DNA of 64,000 bases from NCBI GenBank assembly GCA_027013145.1, contig JALUXX010000060.1:38499-102498 (forward strand), written 5' to 3'. A program made the position numbers and the translations under genes. The notes below the pieces were generated by a model that was not told the DNA's origin, made no database searches, and was given only the letters and a program-made list of their open reading frames with translations. The stretch is from Gammaproteobacteria bacterium. Its GTDB lineage: Bacteria > Pseudomonadota > Gammaproteobacteria > 21-64-14. Positions 30,447 through 38,881 of this stretch are shown here, piece after piece (the stretch's first letter is position 1; each line of letters opens with the position of its first letter).

Positions 30447-30464
30447 CTGTGACTCGATTCACAG
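30447..30464. promoter_or_regulatory. CRP-family binding site
   Basis: CTGTGA-CTCGAT-TCACAG, a perfect TGTGA-N6-TCACA, about 290 bp upstream of the multicopper pair. Confidence 0.6.
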
Positions 30465-30749
30465 CTACACGCTACGGCGGCCCCCAGAATCCGTTACCGC
30501 TTGTGTTTGAGATCCGGCTGGTGCGCGGGGTCGGTCCGTCGAGGTGCCTGGAGGCCGGCGGCGGATCCGTCCGGATCCGGTGGAGTACCCGGGGGTGCGG
30601 TCGGAAAAGTCGTCGATCTCCGAAGTTTCTGAACGGTGGGAGTTCGCTCGTGTCCCGGTATAGGGCGGGACCGGAATCAATGGGGCCGGTACGGTCTTCC
30701 CCGGCGAACATGGAATGGAGGACCAACACCAAGAACAAGGGAGAGCGCG

Positions 30750-31751
30750 ATGGAGAGACGGAAATTCCTGAAGATCGGGAGCGCGGGAATCGCCGGTGCG
30801 CTTGTTGCTGGTTCCGGGCTGATAACCTGGAGTAAGCGGGCACACGCAGCGACGATCAACAAGACCTTCTACATCACCGATGGAACTCTTGTTCAGCCCG
30901 ACGGGGTCGGCGTCTATTTCCGAGGGTTCAGTGACGCGGCCAACGGCCTGAACGTGCCTGGAGCTGCCCTAATCGTACAGCAGGGGGACACCGTAAACAT
31001 TACGGTGGTGAACACCCTGTCTACGACGCACAGTTTCGTGATCGACGGCGTTGTGGATAGCGGGCCCATTGCAGGAGGAACCCAGGCAGTGGTGAGCTTT
31101 TCCGCGGAAACGCCTGGGACCTACGCGTACTATGACTCTCAAAATCCGCCCTACAATCGCCTGTTGGGCTTGCACGGGGGGCTCGCGGTAATGCCTTCCG
31201 GTTCCACGAATACGCTGTATGCCGGGAGCCCGACGTTCGTCAAGCAGTATTTCTGGGTGTTCAATGATATTGACCCGGTATGGCATAACGCCCTTGCGGG
31301 GGGTGCGAACCCCACCACACCGTTTTTTCCGCGTTACTTTACGATAAACGGCCTGAGTTCGCGTCCGCCGGGTGCGCCCGGGAACGGTGATCCCTCGGTG
31401 GACGCAAACGCCGACCCGCGGTCGCTCCTCGTCGGCAGTATCGGGGACCGCTCTCTGGTGCGTATGATCAATATGAGCCTATGCACGCATTCCATGCATG
31501 TGCATGCCAACCATATGGAGTGGCTTACGCTTAATGGGGCCATTCGGTCGGATATCTGGAAGAAGGACATTCTCCCACTGTACGGCAACATGGGGAGGGT
31601 GGATGCCATTTACCCGTTTGAGGCTCCACCAGACGCGTATCCGCCGGTGACGACCGGAAACTATCCGATGCATCTGCATGATGAGATGACTCAGACGGCC
31701 GGGGGAGGGCTGTATCTGTTCGGTACCATGACCGAGATTCACTTCGTTTGA
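30750..31751 (+). CDS. Tat-exported two-domain multicopper-oxidase-like protein A (copper motifs only in domain 2)
   Basis: MERRKFLK Tat signal ending AHA; cupredoxin patterns (VQQGDTVNITVVN, PGTY); HSMHVH and MHLH in domain 2. Confidence 0.85.
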   Translation: MERRKFLKIGSAGIAGALVAGSGLITWSKRAHAATINKTFYITDGTLVQPDGVGVYFRGFSDAANGLNVPGAALIVQQGDTVNITVVNTLSTTHSFVIDGVVDSGPIAGGTQAVVSFSAETPGTYAYYDSQNPPYNRLLGLHGGLAVMPSGSTNTLYAGSPTFVKQYFWVFNDIDPVWHNALAGGANPTTPFFPRYFTINGLSSRPPGAPGNGDPSVDANADPRSLLVGSIGDRSLVRMINMSLCTHSMHVHANHMEWLTLNGAIRSDIWKKDILPLYGNMGRVDAIYPFEAPPDAYPPVTTGNYPMHLHDEMTQTAGGGLYLFGTMTEIHFV

Positions 31752-31778
31752 CCACCGAAAAAAGCGAGGAGGGAACTC

Positions 31779-32768
31779 ATGAGCAGCGGAGGAATGTGCG
31801 GCGGCGTCGCCAACGCCTGCTATGTATATCCCGGCGCGCCGGCGACACCCGGAATTGTTACCCCGGACATTTCTTTCAGTCGTGGTATCTATATGGACGG
31901 TTCCATCACCATGGATGACGGTAAGGTCATTACCATCTGGGGATTTACGGACTTGGCTGTGAACAACGGAATGGCCAGACCGTTTCCCTCACCGACGATT
32001 CGGGTGACGGAAGGGCAGATCGTGCATACGAGTCTTGCTGTTCCCGGCGATATGTGGGTGCACACGATCCATCACCATGGTATCGAGCCCGCGTGGCAAA
32101 ATGACGGTGTCGGACATATTTCCTGGGATGTCCAGGGAACTTACATCTACCAATGGCGGCCGCAGCATGCGGGTACTTATTTTTATCATTGCCATACCAA
32201 TACCGTGTTGCACGCGGAAATGGGGATGTACGGCGCCTTGATCGTAGACCCGGTGCCGGATCCGAATGACCCGCCGGGCACCAAGCGGGTATTCGCCGGC
32301 GGACCGGCATACGACGTGGAGGCTGTGTGGGCATGCGACGAGATCGCCTCGTCATGGCACACACTGTGTTGGGACGCGGGGACCTGCGGGGGAGATGCGG
32401 GTCTGAACCGGTTGGAGGCGGATTATTTCATCATTACCGGCGTCGACGGTGCGAAGTCCGCCCTGACCGATCCGCGGGTGGCGGTCAACATGAGTTTGGG
32501 TCAGACTCTTCTGGTCCGTTATATCGCGGCGGGATATTACCCGCAACGGATTACGTTTGGCGGACTTACCGCTACCGTTGTGGCGTCGGATGGTCGGCCT
32601 CTCCCGAATCCCGTGTCGATGACTTCGATCCATGCGGTGGCCGCGGAGCGCTATGACTGCATATTTACCCCGACGGCGACGGGGGTCTATGACGTAACAG
32701 TCGAATTTCTCGACTGGGTGACAGGGAACACGCTGGGCACTGCGCGCACGCGCATCACGGTGTCCTGA
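31779..32768 (+). CDS. Two-domain multicopper-oxidase-like protein B (copper motifs only in domain 1, no signal peptide)
   Basis: GAGGAGG RBS; FPSPTIRVTEG, HTIHHHG, GTYFYHCHTNTVLHAEMGMYG and VVASDGRPL...AERYD. Confidence 0.9.
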   Translation: MSSGGMCGGVANACYVYPGAPATPGIVTPDISFSRGIYMDGSITMDDGKVITIWGFTDLAVNNGMARPFPSPTIRVTEGQIVHTSLAVPGDMWVHTIHHHGIEPAWQNDGVGHISWDVQGTYIYQWRPQHAGTYFYHCHTNTVLHAEMGMYGALIVDPVPDPNDPPGTKRVFAGGPAYDVEAVWACDEIASSWHTLCWDAGTCGGDAGLNRLEADYFIITGVDGAKSALTDPRVAVNMSLGQTLLVRYIAAGYYPQRITFGGLTATVVASDGRPLPNPVSMTSIHAVAAERYDCIFTPTATGVYDVTVEFLDWVTGNTLGTARTRITVS

Positions 32769-32797
32769 CGGGCCAGCGTTTCGGTTCCTTGCTGAAG

Positions 32798-32839
32798 GGA
32801 GCGGGAGTGGGCGGCATTTCTCCGCTCCCGCTCCGTTTT
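32798..32839 (+). terminator. Rho-independent terminator after the multicopper pair
   Basis: GGAGCGGGAG...CTCCCGCTCC stem followed by GTTTT. Confidence 0.7.
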
Positions 32840-33012
32840 CTGTCGGGGTCGCACACGGCGCGGGATCCACTCGTCATTCGTGGAGTGGTCCCGCCGTTCT
32901 TTTTGCTTGATAGCCAGTTGGTGGTTACTCGTGGTGCGATTGCCCTGGCACGCGGGCGCGTGTCCGGCGTGCGGTTTCCTCGCGGGTCGGGCGGCGGTCA
33001 TTGCGAAGGGGA

Positions 33013-33039
33013 TGTAAGAACGAGCGGAGTCGAGGCGAC
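33013..33039 (+). promoter_or_regulatory. ECF-type promoter upstream of the TVP38-oxidoreductase gene
   Basis: TGTAAG-N17-CGAC(CA). Confidence 0.7.
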
Positions 33040-33379
33040 CATAATTCAGTACGTGTAGCGCGGTGGATACCGGAAGAAGCCTAGATGCTATTTTAAAGCG
33101 GGCTCAGCCGCTCGGCAGCGTTGCGGGACCTGTCGCGACGGTCAGTTACTGAAGTATGAACGGCGCCGCTCGTAGGGCCTGCGTCTTGCTTGGAGGCCGG
33201 ACCTGAAGTTGAGGTCCGTCTGCGTTCCGGGCGTTCGCCCGCTAATTGGCGCATCGCCGATCGAACCTGGCCTGCTACACTCTGTGGACGGTCGGCGACT
33301 TTCAATCCGAGAACTTGTCGGTCGGGGCGACGGCGGAGTGGCCGAAAGGTCTCCGAAAGGACATCGGCAGGGCACGGGG

Positions 33380-35512
33380 ATGACAAAAGGACGAATCCTG
33401 CTTCTGCTGCTGGTCGCCGCGGCGATCTACGCGTTCTTCGCCTTCCATCTCGGGGACTACCTGAGTCTGGAATACCTCAAGTCGCGGCAGGCCGACGTGC
33501 AGGCGTATTTCGTGCAGCATCCGTGGTCCACGGGCGGGGCGTTCGCGGCCGGATACATCGCGGTGACAGCCCTGTCGCTGCCGGGGGCGACGATCATGAC
33601 GCTCGCGGCGGGGGCGGTCTTCGGGTTGCTGTGGGGTACGGTCATCGTCTCGTTCGCATCCAGTATCGGTGCGACGCTGGCGTTTCTGGTTTCGCGGTTT
33701 CTCCTGCGCGATGCCGTCCAGCGGCGGTTCGGCGCCAGCCTCGCCGCCGTCAATGCCGGCGTGGAGCGGGACGGGGCCTTCTATCTATTTACCTTGCGCC
33801 TGGTGCCGGCGTTTCCGTTCTTCGTGATCAACCTGGTCATGGGGCTGACGCCGATGAGTGCCCGCACGTTCTATCTGGTAAGCCAGATCGGGATGCTCGC
33901 GGGGACCATCGTGTACGTGAATGCGGGTACGCAGCTCGCGGCGATCCGTTCGCTGGACGGCCTTCTGTCGCCTGGGCTGATCGCCTCGTTCACGCTGCTC
34001 GGCCTCTTCCCCCTGCTGGCGAAGAAGCTCGTCGACGCCCTGCGCCGGCGCAAGGTCTACCGCGGTCATCGCCGGCCGCGGCGCTTCGATCGCAACCTGG
34101 TCGTGATCGGCGCCGGGTCCGCCGGACTGGTCGCGGCCTATATCGGCGCTGCGGTGCGGGCGCGGGTGACGCTCATCGAGCGCGACCGCATGGGCGGCGA
34201 CTGCCTCAATACCGGTTGCGTGCCGTCCAAGGCGCTGATCAGCACGACGCGCCTGCTCGACCGGATGCGCCGGGCGCGGGAGTATGGTCTGCGCTCGGCC
34301 GCCGCGGAGTTCGACTTCGCGGAGGTGATGGAACGGGTCCAGCGGGTCATCCGTCAGGTCGCCCCGCACGACTCGGTCGAGCGCTACACAGCCCTCGGGG
34401 TCGAGTGCGTACAGGGACAGGCGCGCATCACCTCCCCCTTCACCGTCGAGGTCGGCGGGCGCACCCTAAACACGCGTAACATCGTGATCGCCACCGGCGG
34501 CCGCCCGCACGTCCCTGCGATCCCGGGCCTGCGCGAGGCCGGTTTCCGGACCTCGGACACGATCTGGGACCTGCGCAGCCGGCCCGGTACGCTGGCCGTG
34601 CTGGGCGGGGGACCGATCGGAAGCGAGCTGGCGCAGTGCTTCGCGCGCCTGGGCAGCCGCGTCGTCCAGATCCACCGGCGCGACCGACTGCTCCCGCGCG
34701 AGGACCCGGAGATCGCGCGGCTGGTCATGGACCGCTTCCGCGACGAGGGTATCGACCTGCGTCTCGAACACGATCCGCGCGAGGTGCGGATCGAGGACGG
34801 GCGCAAGGTGATCGTGTGCGCCCATGGCGGCGGGGAGGTCCGCATCCCCTGCGACGAGATCCTGGTCGCGACCGGGCGGCAGGCCAACACGGAAGGACTG
34901 GGGCTCGAAGAACTCGGTATCCCTTTGACCGACCGGGGGACGGTGGCGGTCGACGAGTACCTGCGCACCTCCTTCCCGAACATCTACGCCTGTGGTGACG
35001 TCGCCGGGCCCTATCAGTTCACCCACACCGCTGCCCATCAGGCCTGGTACGCGGCGGTCAACGCCTTGTTCGGCCGGTTCCGCCGCTTCAAGGCGGACTA
35101 TTCGGTCATCCCCTGGGCCACGTTCACCGAGCCGGAGGTGGCGCGGGTCGGTCTCAACGAGCAGGACGCCAAAGCGCAGGGGGTCGTCTACGAGGTGACG
35201 ACCTTCCCCCTGGAGGAACTCGACCGGGCGATCGCCGACGGCGAGGCCCACGGCCTGGTCAAGGTGCTCACCGTCCCGGGGCGCGATCGCATCCTCGGGG
35301 TGACCATCGCCGGGGAGCACGCCGGCGACGTCATCGTCGAGTTCATCGCCGCGATGCGCCACGGGCTCGGCCTGAACAAGATCCTCTCGACCATCCACAT
35401 CTACCCCACACTCGCCGAAGCCAACAAGTACGCGGCGGGAGCGTGGAAACGCGCCCACGCCCCGGAACGGGTGCTGGGCTGGCTCGCGCGTTACCACCGC
35501 TGGCAGTTATAA
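33380..35512 (+). CDS. TVP38/TMEM64 (DedA-like) membrane domain fused to a pyridine nucleotide-disulfide oxidoreductase (LpdA/MerA-like)
   Basis: ALSLPGA and LRLVPAFPFFVINL in the membrane part; GAGSAG, GGDCLNTGCVPSK, GGGPIG, ACGDV and HIYPTLAE in the enzyme part. Confidence 0.92.
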   Translation: MTKGRILLLLLVAAAIYAFFAFHLGDYLSLEYLKSRQADVQAYFVQHPWSTGGAFAAGYIAVTALSLPGATIMTLAAGAVFGLLWGTVIVSFASSIGATLAFLVSRFLLRDAVQRRFGASLAAVNAGVERDGAFYLFTLRLVPAFPFFVINLVMGLTPMSARTFYLVSQIGMLAGTIVYVNAGTQLAAIRSLDGLLSPGLIASFTLLGLFPLLAKKLVDALRRRKVYRGHRRPRRFDRNLVVIGAGSAGLVAAYIGAAVRARVTLIERDRMGGDCLNTGCVPSKALISTTRLLDRMRRAREYGLRSAAAEFDFAEVMERVQRVIRQVAPHDSVERYTALGVECVQGQARITSPFTVEVGGRTLNTRNIVIATGGRPHVPAIPGLREAGFRTSDTIWDLRSRPGTLAVLGGGPIGSELAQCFARLGSRVVQIHRRDRLLPREDPEIARLVMDRFRDEGIDLRLEHDPREVRIEDGRKVIVCAHGGGEVRIPCDEILVATGRQANTEGLGLEELGIPLTDRGTVAVDEYLRTSFPNIYACGDVAGPYQFTHTAAHQAWYAAVNALFGRFRRFKADYSVIPWATFTEPEVARVGLNEQDAKAQGVVYEVTTFPLEELDRAIADGEAHGLVKVLTVPGRDRILGVTIAGEHAGDVIVEFIAAMRHGLGLNKILSTIHIYPTLAEANKYAAGAWKRAHAPERVLGWLARYHRWQL

Positions 35513-35546
35513 GGGCGCAGGCGGTCCCGGGCGGAAGTTCGCGAAG

Positions 35547-35828
35547 CTACGGCTCGCGGGTGTCGAGGGAGCGGTGCAGGTGTTTCCGCGCCGCCTCGTC
35601 GAGGGCCTTGCGGCGGGCGGCTTCGCGGATCCAGCGCAACTGGTGCGCATAGCGGCGACAGGCCCCGCAGATCAAGAGGTGAATGCGCAGCAGCAGCCAT
35701 TGCCAGCGCGGCAGCCGGTGCTCGCACTCCTCGGACAGCAGGCGTGCGGCATCCCGGCACACGAGGCCCGGCATCGGCAGGCGGCGGCGCGGCCGCGGTT
35801 GCCCGGACGGAGGTGCGCGGTCGTTCAT
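35547..35828 (-). CDS. zf-HC2 zinc-finger anti-sigma-like protein (copy 2)
   Basis: CRDAARLLS...LRIHLLICGACRRY (HxxxCxxC); ATGA overlap with the DUF2063 gene. Confidence 0.85.
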   Translation of the reverse strand: MNDRAPPSGQPRPRRRLPMPGLVCRDAARLLSEECEHRLPRWQWLLLRIHLLICGACRRYAHQLRWIREAARRKALDEAARKHLHRSLDTREP

Positions 35829-36598
35829 GTCAGCTCCCATCCGGTCAGGTTCGCCGCGGCCACCTGGGCGTGCAGCCAGGCGCTGACGTCGGCGTCGGGA
35901 TCGACCGCGAGCGCCCGGTCGCAGGCGGCGCCGAAGGGTTCTCCGCGCTGCAGGGCGGCCAGCAGTTCGAACTGGCCCGGGGTGACCGTGGCGATCTCGA
36001 CGTGTGCGCCCGGGCGCGCGACGACGAGGCAGTCGGCGCCCGCGGCGAGATCGACGCGCTCGTCCGCCGCCGCCGGGTCGGTGCAGATCCGGCGGATCCG
36101 GAACAGGGGGTAGGGCGAGCGCAGCAGCCGCAGCGCGGGGTGTACCTCGAAGCGGATGCGCGGGTAGTCCGCCGGGTCGACGGCGGCCAGTGCGGTGAAA
36201 TCGCCGGGTTCCGGATCGGGGGCGAGCAATGATTCGTGGCAGGCCCAATCGAGGCGCGCGGCGTCGGGCAGATAGACGAGCGACGCGGCGGGCGCGAAGT
36301 CCCGGAGGAATTCGGGAAATCCGGCGCCGTAGTCGTTGAGGTCGCCGGAGACCGACGGGGTCCGACGCGCGTAGCACTCCGCGGCGTGGTCGAAGAACTC
36401 GGGGCCGACGAGGGCGTGCACGGTCTCGAAGACATCGGCCAGGGCGTCGCGGAGATTGCCGAGGACGTTGTTCCGGTAGACCGAAAGGCGGTCGGGGGCG
36501 GGGATGCCGCGTGCGCGGATGAGGCCGGCGACCGCGGCCTCGTCCCCTTCGAAGACGGCGCGCGCGAACGCGCGCTGCAGTTCACGCAGAGACGGCAC
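35825..36598 (-). CDS. bufC: DUF2063 MNIO partner protein (BufC/HvfC-like)
   Basis: LRELQRAFARAV, RLSVYRNN, SGDLNDYGAGFPEFL and YLPDAARLDWA motifs; follows DUF692. Confidence 0.87.
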   Translation of the reverse strand: MPSLRELQRAFARAVFEGDEAAVAGLIRARGIPAPDRLSVYRNNVLGNLRDALADVFETVHALVGPEFFDHAAECYARRTPSVSGDLNDYGAGFPEFLRDFAPAASLVYLPDAARLDWACHESLLAPDPEPGDFTALAAVDPADYPRIRFEVHPALRLLRSPYPLFRIRRICTDPAAADERVDLAAGADCLVVARPGAHVEIATVTPGQFELLAALQRGEPFGAACDRALAVDPDADVSAWLHAQVAAANLTGWELT

Positions 36599-37454
36599 GG
36601 CTCGGCTCCAGGAGGCGGTCGGCACGGCGGGCCTCGCCGAGCAGGGTCTCGATGGGCGGGATGTCGGCGTCCCACTCGATCAGGACGGGGACGGGCCCGA
36701 AGCGTTCGATCGCGCGGTGGTACAGGTCCCAGACGGGCTCGGCCACCGGGCGGCTGTGGGTGTCGATGAGCAGTTCGCGGCCGGCGATGCGCTCGCGGCT
36801 GTGACCGGCCAGATGGATCTCGCGCACGCGCGCCAGCGGGATCGCCTCCAGGTAGGCGAGGGGGTCGAAACCATGGTTGACCGCATTTACGTAGAGGTTG
36901 TTGACGTCGAGCAGGGCGCCGCAGTCGGCGCGCTCGAGGACCTCGACGAGGAATTCCCACTCGGGGAATTCCGACTGGGTGTACTCGAGATAGCTCGAGA
37001 CGTTTTCGATCAGTATCTCGCGCCCGAGGTAGTCCCGGACGCGACGGATGCGGTCGGCGACGTGGATCACGGCGGCACGCGTGCACGGCAATGGGAGCAG
37101 GTCGTGCAGGTAGCGCCCGTCGACGGAACTCCAGGACAGATGCTCGGAGACCAAGCCGGGTTCGAGCCGGCGCACGCGTTCGCGCAGTCGTGCGAGGTGG
37201 CGGGCGTCGAGCGGGTCGGCGGAGCCGAGCGAGAGGCCGACGCCGTGGAAGCTCAGCGGATAGTCGGCGCGGATGCGCTCGACGTCGTGCAACGGGAAGC
37301 CGCCGGCGCAGAAGACGTTTTCGCTGTGGACCTCGAACCAAGCCACCGGCGGGTGTCGGTCGAGGATCTCCTTATAATGAGGCGCGCGCAGGCCGACCCC
37401 GGCCCGTGCCGGGATCGGCCCGCGGCCTGCCTCGCGCGTCGGCGCCCCGCTCAT
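36582..37454 (-). CDS. bufB: DUF692 multinuclear non-heme iron oxidase (MNIO, BufB-like)
   Basis: GVGLRAPH, FEVHSEN, HGVGLSLGS, SEHLSW, IENVSSY, LLDVNNLYVN, EIHLAGH, IDTH and LIEWD motifs. Confidence 0.96.
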   Translation of the reverse strand: MSGAPTREAGRGPIPARAGVGLRAPHYKEILDRHPPVAWFEVHSENVFCAGGFPLHDVERIRADYPLSFHGVGLSLGSADPLDARHLARLRERVRRLEPGLVSEHLSWSSVDGRYLHDLLPLPCTRAAVIHVADRIRRVRDYLGREILIENVSSYLEYTQSEFPEWEFLVEVLERADCGALLDVNNLYVNAVNHGFDPLAYLEAIPLARVREIHLAGHSRERIAGRELLIDTHSRPVAEPVWDLYHRAIERFGPVPVLIEWDADIPPIETLLGEARRADRLLEPSRAVSA

Positions 37455-37463
37455 GGGCCCCCG

Positions 37464-37727
37464 CTACTTGCCGGGGGTCGTGCTGCCGCCCGCAATCTTG
37501 GCGCACACCCCTTTGGGGAGCAGGACGAAGGAGTCGGGGTCCCGGCTCTTGCTCGCCTGCCCCTTGCAGGCATGGTCGGCGCTGGCGCAGTCGTTCTGGT
37601 GCGCCTTGTTGATGCCGTAACATTTCTGCATCGCCGGGGCGGCCGTCGCGGTGGTGGCGAGGCCGACGGCGGACAGGGCCACCAGGGCGCCGATGGCGCT
37701 GCGTACAACGGTGTGGGTGGTTCGCAT
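37464..37727 (-). CDS. bufA: Bufferin-type (DUF2282) RiPP precursor, copy 2
   Basis: Signal peptide, then KCYGINKAHQNDC...HACKGQ...LPKGVCAKIAGG (four Cys); AGGAG RBS. Confidence 0.92.
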   Translation of the reverse strand: MRTTHTVVRSAIGALVALSAVGLATTATAAPAMQKCYGINKAHQNDCASADHACKGQASKSRDPDSFVLLPKGVCAKIAGGSTTPGK

Positions 37728-37798
37728 CTCGTGCTCTCCTGTGCAGTTGCGATTACGATGACGAGGAGCGGTGATCGGCCGGCCGGCGCCTGCGCGGG

Positions 37799-38074
37799 TC
37801 ACCCGTGTGCACCGCCGGGGGTGAGACTGCCGCCCTCGATGCGTTTGCAGGCCCCTCTGGGAACCAGGACGAAGGCGTCGGGGTCGCGGTCCTTGGTGGC
37901 CTGGCCGGCGCAGGCGTTGCTGCCGGTGGCGCAGTCGTTCATGTGGGCCTTGTTGATGCCGTAGCACGGGACCATCGGCGGCGGTTTCGCCGCGGCCTGC
38001 TGCGCGAACGCAACGGTCCCGGACGCCAGCAGGGCCGCGAGTGCGGTGCGGGAGACCAGACGACTGTCCTTCAT
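37799..38074 (-). CDS. bufA: Bufferin-type (DUF2282) RiPP precursor, copy 1
   Basis: Signal peptide, then PCYGINKAHMNDC...NACAGQ...VPRGACKRIEGG (four Cys); GGAGG RBS. Confidence 0.92.
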   Translation of the reverse strand: MKDSRLVSRTALAALLASGTVAFAQQAAAKPPPMVPCYGINKAHMNDCATGSNACAGQATKDRDPDAFVLVPRGACKRIEGGSLTPGGAHG

Positions 38075-38133
38075 GACGTACCTCCGGGGAAAAGGGGCGG
38101 TTGGAGACACTTGCGGAAGAAACCGCCCTTGAA

Positions 38134-38159
38134 GTAAGTTGGGTTTCAAACTCGCCGAC
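38134..38159 (+). promoter_or_regulatory. ECF-type autoregulatory promoter of the sigma/anti-sigma pair
   Basis: GTAAG-N17-CGAC(AC). Confidence 0.7.
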
Positions 38160-38190
38160 ACGGAGTCCGCCCGCGCGGCTTGGCGGATTA

Positions 38191-38216
38191 GTCGGGGGGG
38201 CTTGGGAATCCTTACA
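38191..38216 (-). promoter_or_regulatory. ECF-type promoter of the bufferin operon
   Basis: Minus strand TGTAAG-N16-CGAC(TAA). Confidence 0.75.
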
Positions 38217-38305
38217 AGAAGGGCCGACCCGCAAGAAGAGCCGACGGGCGAAGCGCGCTGGCGGATCGGCGATACGGTCGGCGCGACGACGGGAGCGGAG
38301 GGCGG

Positions 38306-38881
38306 ATGGATCTGAAGCCGGAGGAGTGGCTGGAGGCGCACGGCGACGCCTTGTATCGCTATGCCCTGGTCCGGACCGGGCAGCGCGATGTGGCCGAAGA
38401 CCTGGTGCAGGAGACGCTGCTCGCCGCGTGGCGCGGGCGCGACGGGTTCCGCGCCGCCTCCGGCGAGCGTACCTGGCTCTTCGGCATCATGAAGCATAAG
38501 ATCGACGACCACTTCCGGCGCACGGCGCGCACGGGCGGCGTGCTGCCGGCGCCGGACGAGGATACGGCGGTCGACGAGGAATCGCTGGAGTTCGGCGAGG
38601 ACGGGAGCTGGCGCACCCGGCCCGGGGTCTGGGGCGGCGACCCCCTGGGTCAGGCCGAGGCCGAGGAGTTCTGGCAGGAACTGCACCGGTGCCTGGAGCG
38701 GCTGCCCGTGCGTCTGCGCGAAGGTTTCGTGCTACGCGAGCTGTCGGGGCTGGAGAGCCGTCAGATCTGCGAGGTGCTGGAGATCTCGGAAAACAACCTC
38801 TACGTGCTGTTGCATCGGGCGCGCCTGCGCGTGCGCTCGTGCCTCGAGCGGAGCTGGTTCGGCGGCGGGGAGCGGCCGTGA
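38306..38881 (+). CDS. ECF sigma-70 family factor
   Basis: AEDLVQETLLAAW, RTWLFGIMKHKIDD and FVLRELSGL...ICEVLEISENNLYVLLHRARLR. Confidence 0.95.
   Translation: MDLKPEEWLEAHGDALYRYALVRTGQRDVAEDLVQETLLAAWRGRDGFRAASGERTWLFGIMKHKIDDHFRRTARTGGVLPAPDEDTAVDEESLEFGEDGSWRTRPGVWGGDPLGQAEAEEFWQELHRCLERLPVRLREGFVLRELSGLESRQICEVLEISENNLYVLLHRARLRVRSCLERSWFGGGERP

Noticed and set aside
30750-32768. Copper nitrite reductase, or a single frameshifted laccase gene
   Set aside because: The motif pattern is MCO-like (HxH pairs) rather than NirK-like. The two ORFs are separated by a clean stop, a 27-bp spacer and a strong RBS, and their domain order does not rebuild a standard three-domain laccase.
27370-35512. 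Mercury resistance operon (MerR plus MerA-like enzyme)
   Set aside because: No merT/P/C genes; the flavoprotein lacks the NmerA domain and C-terminal Cys pair and carries a TVP38 domain instead.
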